Assembly: GCF_006345805.1 (NCBI RefSeq)
Contig: NC_043007.1
Location: 36,022,001-36,086,000, forward strand
Source: Octopus sinensis
Taxonomy: Eukaryota
Direction: 5' to 3'
DNA length: 64,000 nt
The notes beneath the pieces were generated by a model, which was given only the letters and a program-made list of their open reading frames with translations, ran no database searches and was not told the DNA's origin. This document shows, one piece after another, positions 49,788-62,969 of this stretch (position 1 is the first letter of the stretch; each line of letters begins with the position of its first letter). The position numbers and the translations under genes are program-made.

Positions 49788-50190
49788 ATTATTCTTTTCT
49801 ACTCTAGGTACAAGGCCCGAAATTTTGGGGGAGGGGCCAGTCGATTAGACCAACTCCAGTACGCAACTGGTACTTAATTTATAGACCCCGAAAGGATGAA
49901 AGGTAAAGTCGATCTCGGCAGAATTTGAACTCGGAACGTAGCGGCAGACGAAATACCTATTTCTTTACTACCCACAAGAGGCTAAACACAGAGAGGACAA
50001 ACAAGGACAGACAGACGGATTAAGTCGATTACCTCAACGCCAGTGCGTAACCGGTACTTATTTAATCGACCCCGAAAGGATGAAAGGCAAAGTCGACCTC
50101 GGCGGAATTTGAACTCAGAACGTAGCAGCAGACGAAATACGGCTACGCATTTCGCCCAGCGCGCTAACGTTTCTGCCAGCTCGCCACCTT
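49788..50190 (-). mobile_element. SINE family M dimer (tail A unit plus tail B unit)
   Basis: Junction AAAGAAATA-GGTATTTCGTCTGCC at about 49945-49966. Confidence 0.85.
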
Positions 50191-50539
50191 TAAAAAAAAA
50201 ATCTTGTCGCCCTGTTTGTGTTGTTGTTATTGATAGTGTTGTAGTTACTAGTGTTGCTGTGGTTGTAATTAGTGTTGAGTGTTGTTAGTGCTATTGCTGT
50301 AGTTAATGTTATTGTTGTTGCTATTGTTGTAAGTGTCCCGATTATTGTTAGTGATATTCATGAAGATGAAGGCGGCGATCTGGTTGAATCGTTAGCATGC
50401 CGGACAAAATGCTTAGCAGCATTTAGTCCGTTTTTTTTTACATACTGGGTTCAAATGCCGCCGAGATCGACTGCTGTCTTCTTCTTCTTCCAATCAGGAC
50501 TCACGCCATTAGCCACAAAGAATGATCTCTAATTCGAAC

Positions 50540-51210
50540 CTACTCTAAGCTACTAAGAACGCGTGTGGCAACTTTAAGATCCACCCACCACACGCGATAG
50601 ACTGGCGGTTGCACGGGCGCGAAAGCTACGTTGTTATCCTCATTCCGTAAACGGTGGCTTTTAACGGGTGGAGAGCTGAACCATCCTGGGGTACATAGGA
50701 TTCGCAATCTAGACTAGGGTCTGAAAGTTTTACCACACCATAGTGGGTTACACCATGGTTCCTCTGCTTTGTGGCAGAAGTAGGAAGAAAGAGCGAGAAA
50801 GTTGTGGCGAAAGAGTACAGCGGAGCCTCGTGGAGCTAATATTTTTATTGGGCGACGAAATTAATCGATTTAAGAGATATAGCTGTTATTTCTAGCACAT
50901 GTAGAAGATAGAAGAAGAGGTAAATAATTTGAGCTCGAATGCTGCGATTTCATTGGTTAAAATTCTTAAAATTAAACTACGTTTAAGTTACGAATTACAA
51001 TTTTGTTTACAATAATGTTTTCTTTTGACACATTCTACCAGTATACGAAGTTTCAAATTGTTTAGTTAACTAGGAAAATCTGGCCTTCAAAATGAAAAGA
51101 TCCGGTGTTTTTGCTCAATAAACACTCACAATGCCCGGTCTGGGGATCGAAATCGCGTTCTTACGACCGCGAGTCTGCTGCCCTAACCACTGGGCCATTG
51201 CGCCTCCACA
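50540..51210 (-). mobile_element. Family-A-headed SINE with a third tail type, interrupted by a ~260-bp insertion
   Basis: Head at 51105-51210, body at 50770-50838; the insert ends in a degenerate AAAAGATCC. Confidence 0.5.
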
Positions 51211-51614
51211 CTGCTGCAACTACTCCTATCATCACGTACCATAAAACTCACTGAATGCAGAAGACTGTTTTTCATCGATATTGTGTATAAGCCCTGCGGC
51301 TCTCACACTGACAAGAGCCAAGTTATTTTCCTTCTCCACGCACACAAGCATCAGCTCTGATTGACTGTTTTTCATTTAGTTACAAGGCCAGTAATTTTGG
51401 GAGGTGGGGATTTGTCGATATCATCGACCCCAGTGCTAGACTGCTATTTTATTTTATCGAACTTGAAAGGATGAAAAGTGAAACTGACATTGGCGGGATT
51501 TGAACTCAGAACGTATAGAGCAGAAGGAAATAGCAAAAGACATTTTGTCGGACGCTTTAATGATTCTCCCGATCCATCAACCTTCCCATCCCTTTATTTA
51601 ATGGCTTCGAAAAT

Positions 51615-52377
51615 AGGCGGCGAACTGGCAGAATCGTTAGTACGCTGGATATAACACTGAGCAGCATTTCGTCAGTCTTTACGTCCTGAGTTCAAATTCC
51701 ACTGAAGTCGACTTGACCTTTTCAGTCTTTCGGGGTCGATGAAGTAAGTACCAGTTGATAGGCGGCGAGCTGGCAGAAACGTTAGCACGCCGGGCGAAAT
51801 ACGTAGCCGTACTTCGTCTGCCGTTACGTTCTGAGTTCAAATTCCGTCGAGGTCGACTTTATCCATTTGTCTGTCCTTGATTGTCCTGTGTGTTTAGCCC
51901 CTTGAGGGTAGTAAAGAATTAGGTATTTAGTTTGTCGTTACGTTCTGAGTTCAAATTCCGCCGAGGTCGACTTTGCCTTTCATCCTTTCCGGGTTGATAA
52001 ATTAAGTACCAGTTATGCACTGGAGTCGATATAATCGACTTAATCCGTTTGTCTGTCCTTGTTTGTTCCCTCTGTGTTTAGCCCCTTGTAGGTAGTAAAG
52101 AAATAGGTATTTCGTCAGTCGTTACGTTCTGAGTTCAAATTCCGCCGAGGTCGACTTTGCCTTTCATTTTTTCGAGGTCGATAAATTAAGTACCAGTTGC
52201 GTACTGGGGTCGATCTAATCGACTGGCCCCCTTCCCCAAAAAACTTCAGGCCTTGTGCCTTGAGTAGAAAAGAAATAAGTACCAGTTGAGCACTGGCGGT
52301 CGATTTAATCGACTTAGCCGCCCCCACACCTCCACCGTCCGAAATTGCTGGCTTCGTACGAACATTTGAAACCAATA
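51615..52377 (+). mobile_element. Nested multimeric array of SINE family M
   Basis: Heads at 51615 and 51760; repeated GTTCTGAGTTCAAATTCC units followed by different tails. Confidence 0.85.
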
Positions 52378-52859
52378 TTGATGATGAGGAGGAAGAGGAG
52401 AAGAAAATGAAGGAAGCGGAGGATGTTGTTGTTGTTGTTGTTATCAGATGGTTTCAATTTCACTCTCACTTTACCACGTTTCAAAACATTGATTCACGTT
52501 GCTTCAAGAAATGTGCAGATATTTTATACAGATATGCAGACACGTGCACACGCACACACAATAACATGCAATATACACATACATACACATGCACGCAAAT
52601 AAAATTAAAAAAACTGACATATACACATCGATATATGCACGCGCACACACATATATATATCCAAACACACGTAATAGACATAAACACACATATACTCAAA
52701 ATATAGTCTTCATAGTCATATGTATAAACATGCACATAAAAATGCGCGCGTAGGCACACACATACACACACACACACACACGCACGCACACACACGCTCT
52801 CTCTCTCACACACACACGTAACATTACAAGCATTAACGCATTACGCAACATACACTCAC

Positions 52860-52986
52860 TGAATACTTCTACTGCTGCTACTACCACCACCACCACCACC
52901 ACCACCACACCCACTACTACTACTACTGCTACTACTACTACTAATACTACTACTTCTGCTACTACTACTCCCACCACCACCACCAT

Positions 52987-53017
<31 letters not shown>

Positions 53018-53086
53018 GCCACCACCACCATTACTACTACTACTACTGCCATACCATCATTCCTACTACTGCCACCACCACCACGA

Positions 53087-53120
<34 letters not shown>

Positions 53121-53636
53121 GACATACAGTAACTGAATGCTATTCACATACAACGCATACTCAGAAAATGCTTAAATCATTAAAAATTCAGTCTCTAGCA
53201 ATTGTTTTGCTTTTGTTTGTTGTTGCTGTTGTTGTTGTTCGTGGTGGTGGGGATTTTTGCTATTGTTGTTGTTGGTGGTGATAGTGGTTTTGCTGTTGTT
53301 GTTGTTGGTGGTGGTGGTAGTTTTGTTGTTGCTTGTTCAATATCTTATTGCAGCCTGTACAAGTCCAACACAAAGACAATCAATTATCGCCGCCACCACC
53401 ATCATCATCGCCACTACAACTACAACGACCACCATCACCACTATTCGTCACCACCACCACACCACCACCACCACCACACCACTACTACTACTACTACTGC
53501 TACTGCTACAGCTGCTGCTGCTACTACTAATACTACTACTACTTACTACTACTACTACAACCACTATTATTGCTGCCACCACCACCACCACCTTACTACT
53601 ACTACTATTACTACAACCACTATTATTGCCGCCACC

Positions 53637-53682
<46 letters not shown>

Positions 53683-53730
53683 ATACTAATACTACTACTT
53701 CTGCTACTACTACTCCCACCACCACCACGA

Positions 53731-53764
<34 letters not shown>

Positions 53765-54290
53765 GACATACAGTAACTGAATGCTATTCACATACAACGC
53801 ATACTCAGAAAATGCTTAAATCATTAAAAATTCAGTCTCTAGCAATTGTTTTGCTTTTGTTTGTTGTTGCTGTTGTTGTTGTTCGTGGTGGTGGGGATTT
53901 TTGCTATTGTTGTTGTTGGTGGTGATAGTGGTTTTGCTGTTGTTGTTGTTGGTGGTGGTGGTAGTTTTGTTGTTGCTTGTTCAATATCTTATTGCAGCCT
54001 GTACAAGTCCAACACAAAGACAATCAATTATCGCCGCCACCACCATCATCATCGCCACTACAACTACAACGACCACCATCACCACTATTCGTCACCACCA
54101 CCACCACACCACCACCATCACCGATCACTACCATTACCACCACAACCACGACGATCACCGCTACCACGAACTGCTTCCACTATAATTACTATCAACACTA
54201 ACTACCCCCCTCCAAACATTACCACTTCCAACTGCCACCATTACACCCTACCACCAGCACTACCATCATCACAATCACCGCTACCACTTC
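52860..54290. repeat. (CTA)/(CCA)/(GTT) trinucleotide region with a 644-bp tandem duplication
   Basis: GACATACAGTAACTGAATG at 53121 and 53765. Confidence 0.92.
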
Positions 54291-55767
54291 TGTATATTGT
54301 GTCCGTTTTGTTTCGTTGAGTCGGTGGTCGATACCCAAAAGGCTAGCCATGATCAAATGAGACCTATGATTAAAAGAGTTCCACTTATCACCACTCTGTC
54401 TATCTGTATTATATAAGAAAAGAAAAAATATTTATTCTGTTAAATCTTTTCTTACTGGTACTAGTTATTGCTGTGCGGCCAAGTTGGGACACTGTATTCA
54501 ATGGGGGGTTTGTCGGTTATATTTAACGAACTCGCAGAGGGAAGAACAGAAAAATCAGCAGGCGTATGAGGCGGCAACAGATATTGATCAAAATACAAGT
54601 TATTTCGTTGGATGCACCGATTGTTTGCCATTTCATGCCGGATCCAAGGTTATATCATGCTGACAATTTCTAACAAGAATGAAATCGTGCTATACATGAT
54701 TACCACTGACAAGAAAAGTTATGAACTTCGTAATAAGCAAACAAAATAAATAGATATGTGAATTCCATTTGTATCTCTTACCTTATAATTCCGTAATTTC
54801 AATTTCAAAGTTAGAATTCCACTAAATATTAAGAAGAAATGACTATCTGAGATAGACATAAGGGAGATAGTCTATCTCCCTTATAATAATTTCCCACTAG
54901 GGAATGACACAAACACACATATTATAATTCAGTCCCGTTACAGATTTCCCTAACTGCGCACTTCCAGCTGGTTAAATCCACACATGTCGCCCACTCTTCG
55001 ATCGCTATAGGACTTTCAGTAAATGGAGCGACAAAGAAGGTCACTATGAAGAGCCATCTGTACATCATTGGATTATAATGATAAACGCTTGTACAACAGG
55101 AGTACCGCTCTCTGAATCTCCGTGATTAGAATTTAGTGACCAGCCGAAGCGAGATAACTAGTGATCGCATGACACCGCAGGTTTTACAGCAAAATGCCCA
55201 TGTCTCAGAAGGATGCCGTGACAACAGCTCAGGGTTCCTCATTCTTCGTAGCTTTAATTGGATGGCGGTTGTCTCTCCTGAGTTCGTCTGCCCTTTGACG
55301 AGTCGTGTTTTACATATTGCAGGGTGTTGTCGATTTAATCACCGACGACCCCACCACGCAACAGGATGTCCTGAGTTACAAGTTCCCAGTAACGCTCAAG
55401 AGCGATCTAACACAACCCAACACATACGCACACACACACACACTAGTTTGAATAACCTTTTCGAGAATAGGACTTTTATTCAAATAATAAGTGATTGAAT
55501 AGTGAGCTTCCTAATCGTTCGATATGTGTTTGTGTGTGTGTGTGTGTGTGTGTATGTGTGCATGCGTGCCTGTTTGTATGTGTTCTTGTATATAGATATA
55601 TATATATGTATATCCATACGTGTGCATGTATATATATATTATTTAGGAGCCCTTAATTATATTTCTATATGAATAATATTTTTCTATATGAATAATATTT
55701 TGTCTAATGACTAATTCGTCTTTTGTGCTGGGCCACTGGTAGTAATCTATGTTATTACCCTTTTTTG

Positions 55768-55810
<43 letters not shown>

Positions 55811-55860
55811 GATTGTGTGAGTGATGTGATGTTTTCTGAGTATGTATTTTATGTGTATGC

Positions 55861-55962
<102 letters not shown>

Positions 55963-56682
55963 ATATAATCAATAGAACATATATAAAAAAAGAAGCACAC
56001 TCTAAAGAATAGAGCAGTAATTGTTACACCCGGTTAGATCTACACATGTCGCCCACTCTTCTATTGCCATAGAACTTTCAGTAAATGGAATGACAAATAA
56101 GGTCGCCATGAAGAGACATCTGTACATCATAGGATCATAGTGATAAACCTTTGGTAACTCTTATGACTATACCAGTCCTATTTCCATGAAGTTTCTTGAA
56201 ATTTGCGGGAGGATCCTGTACTTGGCTGCCACTTCATTTCATCGACCTAGAAAGAATGTAAAGTAAAGATGACATCGGTGAGATTTGAACTCAGAACATA
56301 AAAGTAGCACAACTAAATAGCACAAGGCAATTTGTCCGACGCCCTAACTCTACAGCTAATTCACTGCTCGTTATATAATTGTTTCTAATTTGGACAAGTG
56401 GCCAGCAATTTTCGTGGGAAAAGGCTAATCGTTTACATCGATCCCAGCACTTCACTGGTACATGATATTATTGAACATGCCTATATATAGGCATGTTGAT
56501 GCAAAAAAAAAAATTAGAACTCAAAATATAATAGAGTGACTCAAGGTCTGAGAGTTTCGTTCATTGTGCCAACAAACGAAACTCTCGGACCTTGAGTCAC
56601 TCTGTTACTTCTGCTATATATATATATTATATTAGAGGAAAAATCAACAGCAAGGCACACACACACACACAATATATATATA

Positions 56683-56717
56683 TACACACATATATATATA
56701 TATATATTATATATATA

Positions 56718-56764
<47 letters not shown>

Positions 56765-56785
56765 TATACATACATATATATATAC

Positions 56786-56818
<33 letters not shown>

Positions 56819-57040
56819 CATATATATACATACATGCATACATATATATATATATATACATACATACACATACTTACATATACATATATATACATACATA
56901 TACATACTTACATATTCATATATATATATCCATATATCCATATACATACATACATATATACATACATACATATATACATATATATATATACATATATACA
57001 TATATATACATACATACACATACTTACATATACATATATA

Positions 57041-57114
<74 letters not shown>
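56683..57114. repeat. (TA)/(CA) compound microsatellite
   Basis: Direct inspection. Confidence 0.95.
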
Positions 57115-57116
<2 letters not shown>

Positions 57117-57233
57117 CATGTGTAAGGACTTACGGATCTTTTTTCAGTATAATATATATCTCCATCAGTATTGGTATTAATGTAGAAATGTCTTCCAGGG
57201 GAGGTCACTCTAATGCTTTTTCAGGGCTATTTG

Positions 57234-57264
<31 letters not shown>

Positions 57265-57399
57265 TGTGTGTGTGTGTGTTTAAATTTAAATCTCATGTTA
57301 TCTTTGATTGATCACATTATCTCTTTCCAGCAGTATGCCTCAAGGGTCGCGTCGTCTAACTTTTTATAATCCTTTCAAGACGCTAGGCTATCATTTAAA

Positions 57400-57468
<69 letters not shown>

Positions 57469-57505
57469 TTTCTTTAATAGCATATATATTTCTTTTCAAA
57501 ATATA

Positions 57506-57915
57506 TATTTCTTTACTACCCACAAGGGGCTAAACACAGAGGGGACAAACAAGGACAGACAAACGGATTAAGTCGATTATATCGACTCCAGTGCGTAACT
57601 GGTACTTATTTTATCGACCCCGAAAGGATGAAAGGTAAAGTCGACCTCGGCGGAATTTGAACTCAGAACGTAGCGGCAGACGAAATACCTATTTCTTTAC
57701 TACATACAAGGGGCTAAACACAGAGAGGACAAACAAGGACAGACAAACGGATCGAGTCGATTATATCGACTCCAGTGCGTAACTGGTACTTATTTTATCG
57801 ACCCCGAAAGGATGAAAGGCAAAGTTGACCTCGGCGGAATTTGAACTCAGACGGCAGACGAAATACGGCTACGCATTTCGCCCGGCGTGCTAACGTTTCT
57901 GCCAGCTCGCTGCCC
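57506..57915 (-). mobile_element. SINE family M dimer (two 184-bp tail-A units)
   Basis: TATTTCTTTACTAC at 57506 and 57690. Confidence 0.9.
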
Positions 57916-58003
57916 TCTACTTTTTTTTTTTATTAATGAGATGAGAAAACAGATTTTGCCTCCATATAATCCTTTTTTCACCATAGTGTTCGTTAAGTTT
58001 AAA

Positions 58004-58163
58004 CCCTTTTGATACCAACCCGCCTGAGACCTTCCTTGGATGTATGACACAAACTTCTTAAAACCTTCCATCAAAATTTCATGTAATTTCACTAAATTCT
58101 TTGTTATTTTCAAAATTAATTGAAGCAAAGGCAGCATATGTCAGACATTTGGTAACAAAAGGG
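58004..58163. mobile_element. piggyBac-like MITE
   Basis: TIR CCCTTTTG(A/T)TACCAA; flanks TAAA/TAAT resemble a decayed TTAA. Confidence 0.5.
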
Positions 58164-58665
58164 TAATGTTTCTTGATTTTTATTGAACGTGTGTTCAGTT
58201 TGTCAGGCCCCACACTTTCCAGTTCTCACAGCACTACTTCTCTGTATTAGATAATTTACTGTTATACAGAGACACACAACATATTTAATACAGAACTGCG
58301 TCTTCTGTAATTCAGTTTTTTCCTTTTTCTCTCCGTTTGAAAATTGTGACCACTCTGTAAAATATCATGACCGACACTCTCTCTTTCTAATCAGTGTTGG
58401 TCGTTCGACATGTTAAAAGTAACAGTCGGATCGCTCTGAAATTACGATCTTTCTTCAAACACAATAGAACACACACGCACCCGCAAATACACGCACACCC
58501 ATACATACATGAATGTTTATATATATAAGATTAATCAGCCGAAATTGCGACGATGATCCGGTTCTTGACTGAAGATTGAAGGCTTCGAATGTCCCGTCCG
58601 TGCTTTTTGTATCGTCTTCTAAATGTTTTGCATTCTTGTCCCAGTTTGTATTTTTTTACATATAC

Positions 58666-58751
<86 letters not shown>

Positions 58752-58753
<2 letters not shown>

Positions 58754-58901
58754 AGGAATGACCACTAAAGTGGACACCCTATATGCTAAACATAGACGCC
58801 AAAATGTAGAGATTTTTTCTTGAGAACACATTCTTCGTGGTAATGGCGATTTGACGTGTATGTTTAGCATATAGGGTGTCCACTTTAGTGGTCATTCCTC
58901 T
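58752..58901. mobile_element. PIF/Harbinger (Tourist-like) MITE
   Basis: Perfect 43-bp TIR AGAGGAATGACCACTAAAGTGGACACCCTATATGCTAAACATA; TAA on both sides. Confidence 0.8.
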
Positions 58902-59417
58902 TAATTTTGTATGTACCACAATTTTTAATCTTCGGATTTTTAAATATGTTAAGCCACTAGTTTTAATTGATTAGCATCAATTTCTACACTTATTTTTTAA
59001 TTATATATATATATGAGAAGGTCACGGATGGTAAGACTTTCATCACAGTACTGATCTAGGGCTGAACAACAGCATTCACTACCGTCACCACCACCACAAA
59101 CAACAATAACAAATTTAGTTTGGCATTGAAAAATAAACAAACGTTTCAAAACATACTAAAAATATTTTTTCGTACTCCTGTATTTTGAAATGATTTTACG
59201 ATTCTAATTCAAACTTTCTATGTTTAAAAATTTTTTTAGCACCTCCCTAACTTTTTTCTTTTGCATTCTTTCAGAATTTCTTTCTTTTTTCAGAACTTTT
59301 AAACAGATTACAATTCACCCCACTCCCTCAGCATAATTGTTTTCAAAATTTCATCAAAAAGAAGGTATTAACACTCTCCTTTTTCTTTTTGTCTGAAATA
59401 AAGAAATTTAAAAATGA

Positions 59418-59818
59418 CTAACAGTATCGCCCGGCGTTGCTCGGGTTTGTTTCAACCCTTTAGAATTGGAATTTTTGAAAAGTAAAAATTTTGCATTATG
59501 TAGCTTGTTATTCTCTTTAAGTGAACATTTTCCTGGTTGAAATACACCGAAAAATGGCGACACAGCAATAAAAAAAATCGTAAAAAATAGGGATTTTCAT
59601 AGAAAAAAAGCACCGTTTTGATGTAAATAATTTTTGGTGTTAACATGGTCCGATTTGATTTTTTTCTTCTACGGAAGGAAGAGCAAGCCTTCTTCTATCG
59701 TACTTTCAATTTTGGTCAACTTGCGCCGCAGGGTTTCGGAAGGGATAGTGTAGGTTGAAGGCTACCAAACCTTCCACACACACACTCACAGACAACTTCA
59801 GCTTTATATAGAGAGAGA
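59418..59818 (-). mobile_element. Non-autonomous Helitron, third internal type
   Basis: Same hairpin and TCTCTCTCTATATAAA start; terminal CTAG mutated to TTAG (plus strand CTAA). Confidence 0.75.
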
Positions 59819-60199
59819 TAAAAAGAATGAAGTGTTACACATAGTGTGCATGTACCAAAACTCCGCCACATCTTCACGTCTATCTTATGCGTCGCATCTC
59901 GAAAGGCCTGGAAGAGAATCAACAGACTTTATGGCCTAGAAATGCAACAACGACAACCTAGTAATATTCAGCAACGACAACGACCGAGCTAACAGTTCAC
60001 ACCTTTCTCTCACTTCATACCACTTCTCTCACGTTCCTCACTGCACTCGTACATCAACATCTTAACATTTTCTGATATTCATCTTTGTGGTTAATAAATC
60101 GGTTTCACCACCAGTTGCTGTCGTTCCTTCGCCGCCTCCTATCGCTTCCTGTTGGCAGCAGGCACTCCTTATCTCTCTGTAACCCTTGTTGCTGTTGTA

Positions 60200-60585
60200 T
60201 CTGTCTTTAATGCTCTTAGGCATTTCTGCATCGCCTTATTTGCCCCGACGTCACTCGTAAATAGTGCACTAAAATACAACCTCCTGTATGAACATCGAGC
60301 TAGAAATATCAGCCAAATCTCGCTTAAATCAAGCCATAGTTCAGAGAGTTTTCGAGCTTTTCTCATTGCGACACACTTTTCGAAAATAAAACTCTGCCTT
60401 TAATGCTGTTAGGCATTTCTGCATCTCCTTATTTGCCCCGACAACACTCGTAAATAGTGCACTAAAATACAACCTCCTGTATGAACATCGAGCTAGAAAT
60501 ATCAGCCAAATCTCGCTTAAATCAAATCACAGTTCAGAGAGTTTTCGAGCTTTTCTCATTGCGACATACTTTTCGAAAATAAAAC
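60200..60585. repeat. 193-bp tandem duplication
   Basis: TCTG(T/C)CTTTAATGC at 60200 and 60393; GAAAATAAAAC ends at 60392 and 60585. Confidence 0.92.
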
Positions 60586-60786
60586 TTTTCGTGACATATA
60601 CTAAGTTTTGTTAGAGAAGCCAAATATATAATAGTTTTAGATTGTTGCAATTTAACGGGGTGGGGGTTAATTGATTACATCGAACCCAGTGCCAAATATA
60701 TTATGCAACGCGACTAGATGTCCTCAGAGCTGTCAGATCGTAAATGTCTTTTACAACCAAATACTCATAAACATTTTATTATATAG

Positions 60787-60984
60787 TTCTTTACTACCCA
60801 CAAGGGGCTAAACATAGAGGGGACAAACAAGGACAGACAAAGGGATTAAGTCGATTACATCGACCTCGAAAGGATGAAAAGCAAAGTCGACCTCGGCGGA
60901 ATTTGAACTCAGAACGTAACGGCAGACGAAATACGGCTACGCATTTCGTCCGGCGTGCTAACGATTCTGTCAGCTCGCCGCCTT
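60787..60984 (-). mobile_element. SINE family M, tail A, internally deleted
   Basis: Flanking repeat ATACTCATAAA(C/A)ATTTTATTATAT at 60761-60784 and 60985-61008. Confidence 0.85.
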
Positions 60985-62294
60985 ATACTCATAAAAATTT
61001 TATTATATTTGGCGTTCGAGACACCTAAAGATTATTGGTGACAGTCAAACCTGTCGCGACATACTCTGGAAAGTTCTATCCAATCGCCTACACTTGTATA
61101 GACGATAAGTTTGAAAAATTGTAAGAAAATAGAACAGAATGTCCTGCGACATTTTGTTGCGGCTTCTTACGCTGCCAGTTCAAATCCTGATATGGCTAAG
61201 TTTGCCTTTCATTTTCCAGTCCCCAGGTCAATAGGATGGATAAAGTACCTGCCATTCACTGAGATCCGTTTAATATTCTTATGATGGATATAAATGGAAT
61301 TATAGTAAGAGAAGAAGAAAAGGCGGCTACATAGGACAAGTAGTACGTGATAGGAAAAAACAACAACAAAAAAAAACCAGGTGGTCACGACTGGAATGCT
61401 TTTGATCATAGGTCTACTCGGTAAGAGTTGACCAAGGGCCGAACAACTAATGACAAATGCATATTTTCCTTATTAAAATCTATTTTCTTTATCAGATAAT
61501 GCAGTCGAATAAGTCTCTACAGCTACAGGAAGGCCATGGTTGTAATGCCTTTGGCCACAAGTCTGCTGTATTTGTCGTTTTCCCCTGATCAAGTGTACCT
61601 ATATTCATAGGTGTTCGAACTAAGAACCATCCAATCTTTTTATATATCTAAGACTAGATTGTTCGTTACGTTCTTCCTCTTTTACATTTGATATGCAAGA
61701 ATATTATTCAAAGGAGATTTGGCTGTCATTTCTAATAATATAAACGACCCGATGAAGGCGCCTCATTGTTGTTATTGTTCAGTCCCAGTTTAACCGTTAT
61801 CAAAGTTAACTTTAGACCAGTCCATCCCGCCATTTTTGCTTCTAGCGTAGCTTATATTTTATGTTTATTTTATCCACTGTCTGTTTTTTAAAAACTGAAG
61901 GGTGTGAAATGAGACAGAGTTGGCTGCTATTTATAGTAAGTCAAACGCTCCCACGTTATAAGTATTGCTGAAACAACAATGCGCTTATTTCAACGAAAAT
62001 CATTTTCCCTCCTTTTATTACCGTCTAACCTTTCAGGCTTAACAGTTTAAAACAAAGAATCATTAACACACACACACACGTACGGTCTCTCTCTCTTTTT
62101 CTGTCTTTCTTTATATATATATATATATATATATATATCTCCCTTTCTCTCCCTCACTTCCCTTTCTCACTCCACTCAGACATGTATATGTACGTGTATG
62201 TGTGTAGCTCTTTGTGAGTATGTATATGTATACATGCACGTATACACGCACATATACACATACACACACATTTTAAACACAATACTTAAATATT

Positions 62295-62535
62295 GGTTTC
62301 AAATTTTGGCACGAAGCCAGCAGTTTTGACAGGTGGGTGCTAGTCAGTTATATCGACCCCGGTGCTAGTCAATTATATCGACCCCGGTGCTCAACCGGTA
62401 CTCATTTTATCGACCTCGAAAAGATGGAAGGCAAAGTCGACCTCAGCAGAATTTGAACTCAGAACGTAATGACGGACGAAATGTCGATAAGGATTTTGCC
62501 CACCGTGCTAACGATTCTGCCAGCTCGCCGCCTTA
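62295..62535 (-). mobile_element. SINE family M, tail C
   Basis: TSD CAATACTTAAATATT at 62280-62294; the second copy is split by the MITE at 62544. Confidence 0.85.
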
Positions 62536-62543
62536 CAATACTT

Positions 62544-62969
62544 GGATCTTTTCGGTTTGAACGGCACTTTTTAAAAATAATTTCCACGTAACTAAACACT
62601 TTTAAACTTCGTATACATGTAGAATGTGTTTATAAAACATCTTTTTCTCTTGGCTTTATTGAGAAAATTCTATCGTTTGTAAGATATTTGTTGTTTTTTT
62701 TTCTTCAATTGCTGCAATTTCAACCAATCAATGACGTCTATTGAGTTGAAAACATTCTGTGCCGTATGAATATTCCCTCGTTTAAGAAACAAATTGGGTT
62801 TATTTACATTTGTGAAGAAAAAAAGATACCCCTCCCGCACCCCTAACCCTAACTAACCCTAACCCTAAAACAGATTGAAGTACAATAGATCGATACTAGG
62901 GTCATAATTATGGGTGACAATTTCATATGACACTGCTAGAAAAAACTGCCTTTCAAACCGAAAAGATCC
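62544..62969. mobile_element. hAT-type MITE
   Basis: TIRs; 8-bp TSD CAATACTT at 62536-62543 and 62970-62977. Confidence 0.93.

Noticed and set aside
52696-54319. Poly-L/T/V/H/S ORFs
   Set aside because: Trinucleotide-repeat artefacts with no domain signature.
58533-58660. Dispersed repeat with CTGAAGA (also near 35390, 45590, 63953)
   Set aside because: A real repeat family, but it lacks GAAA and a stem I, so not called a ribozyme; class not assignable.
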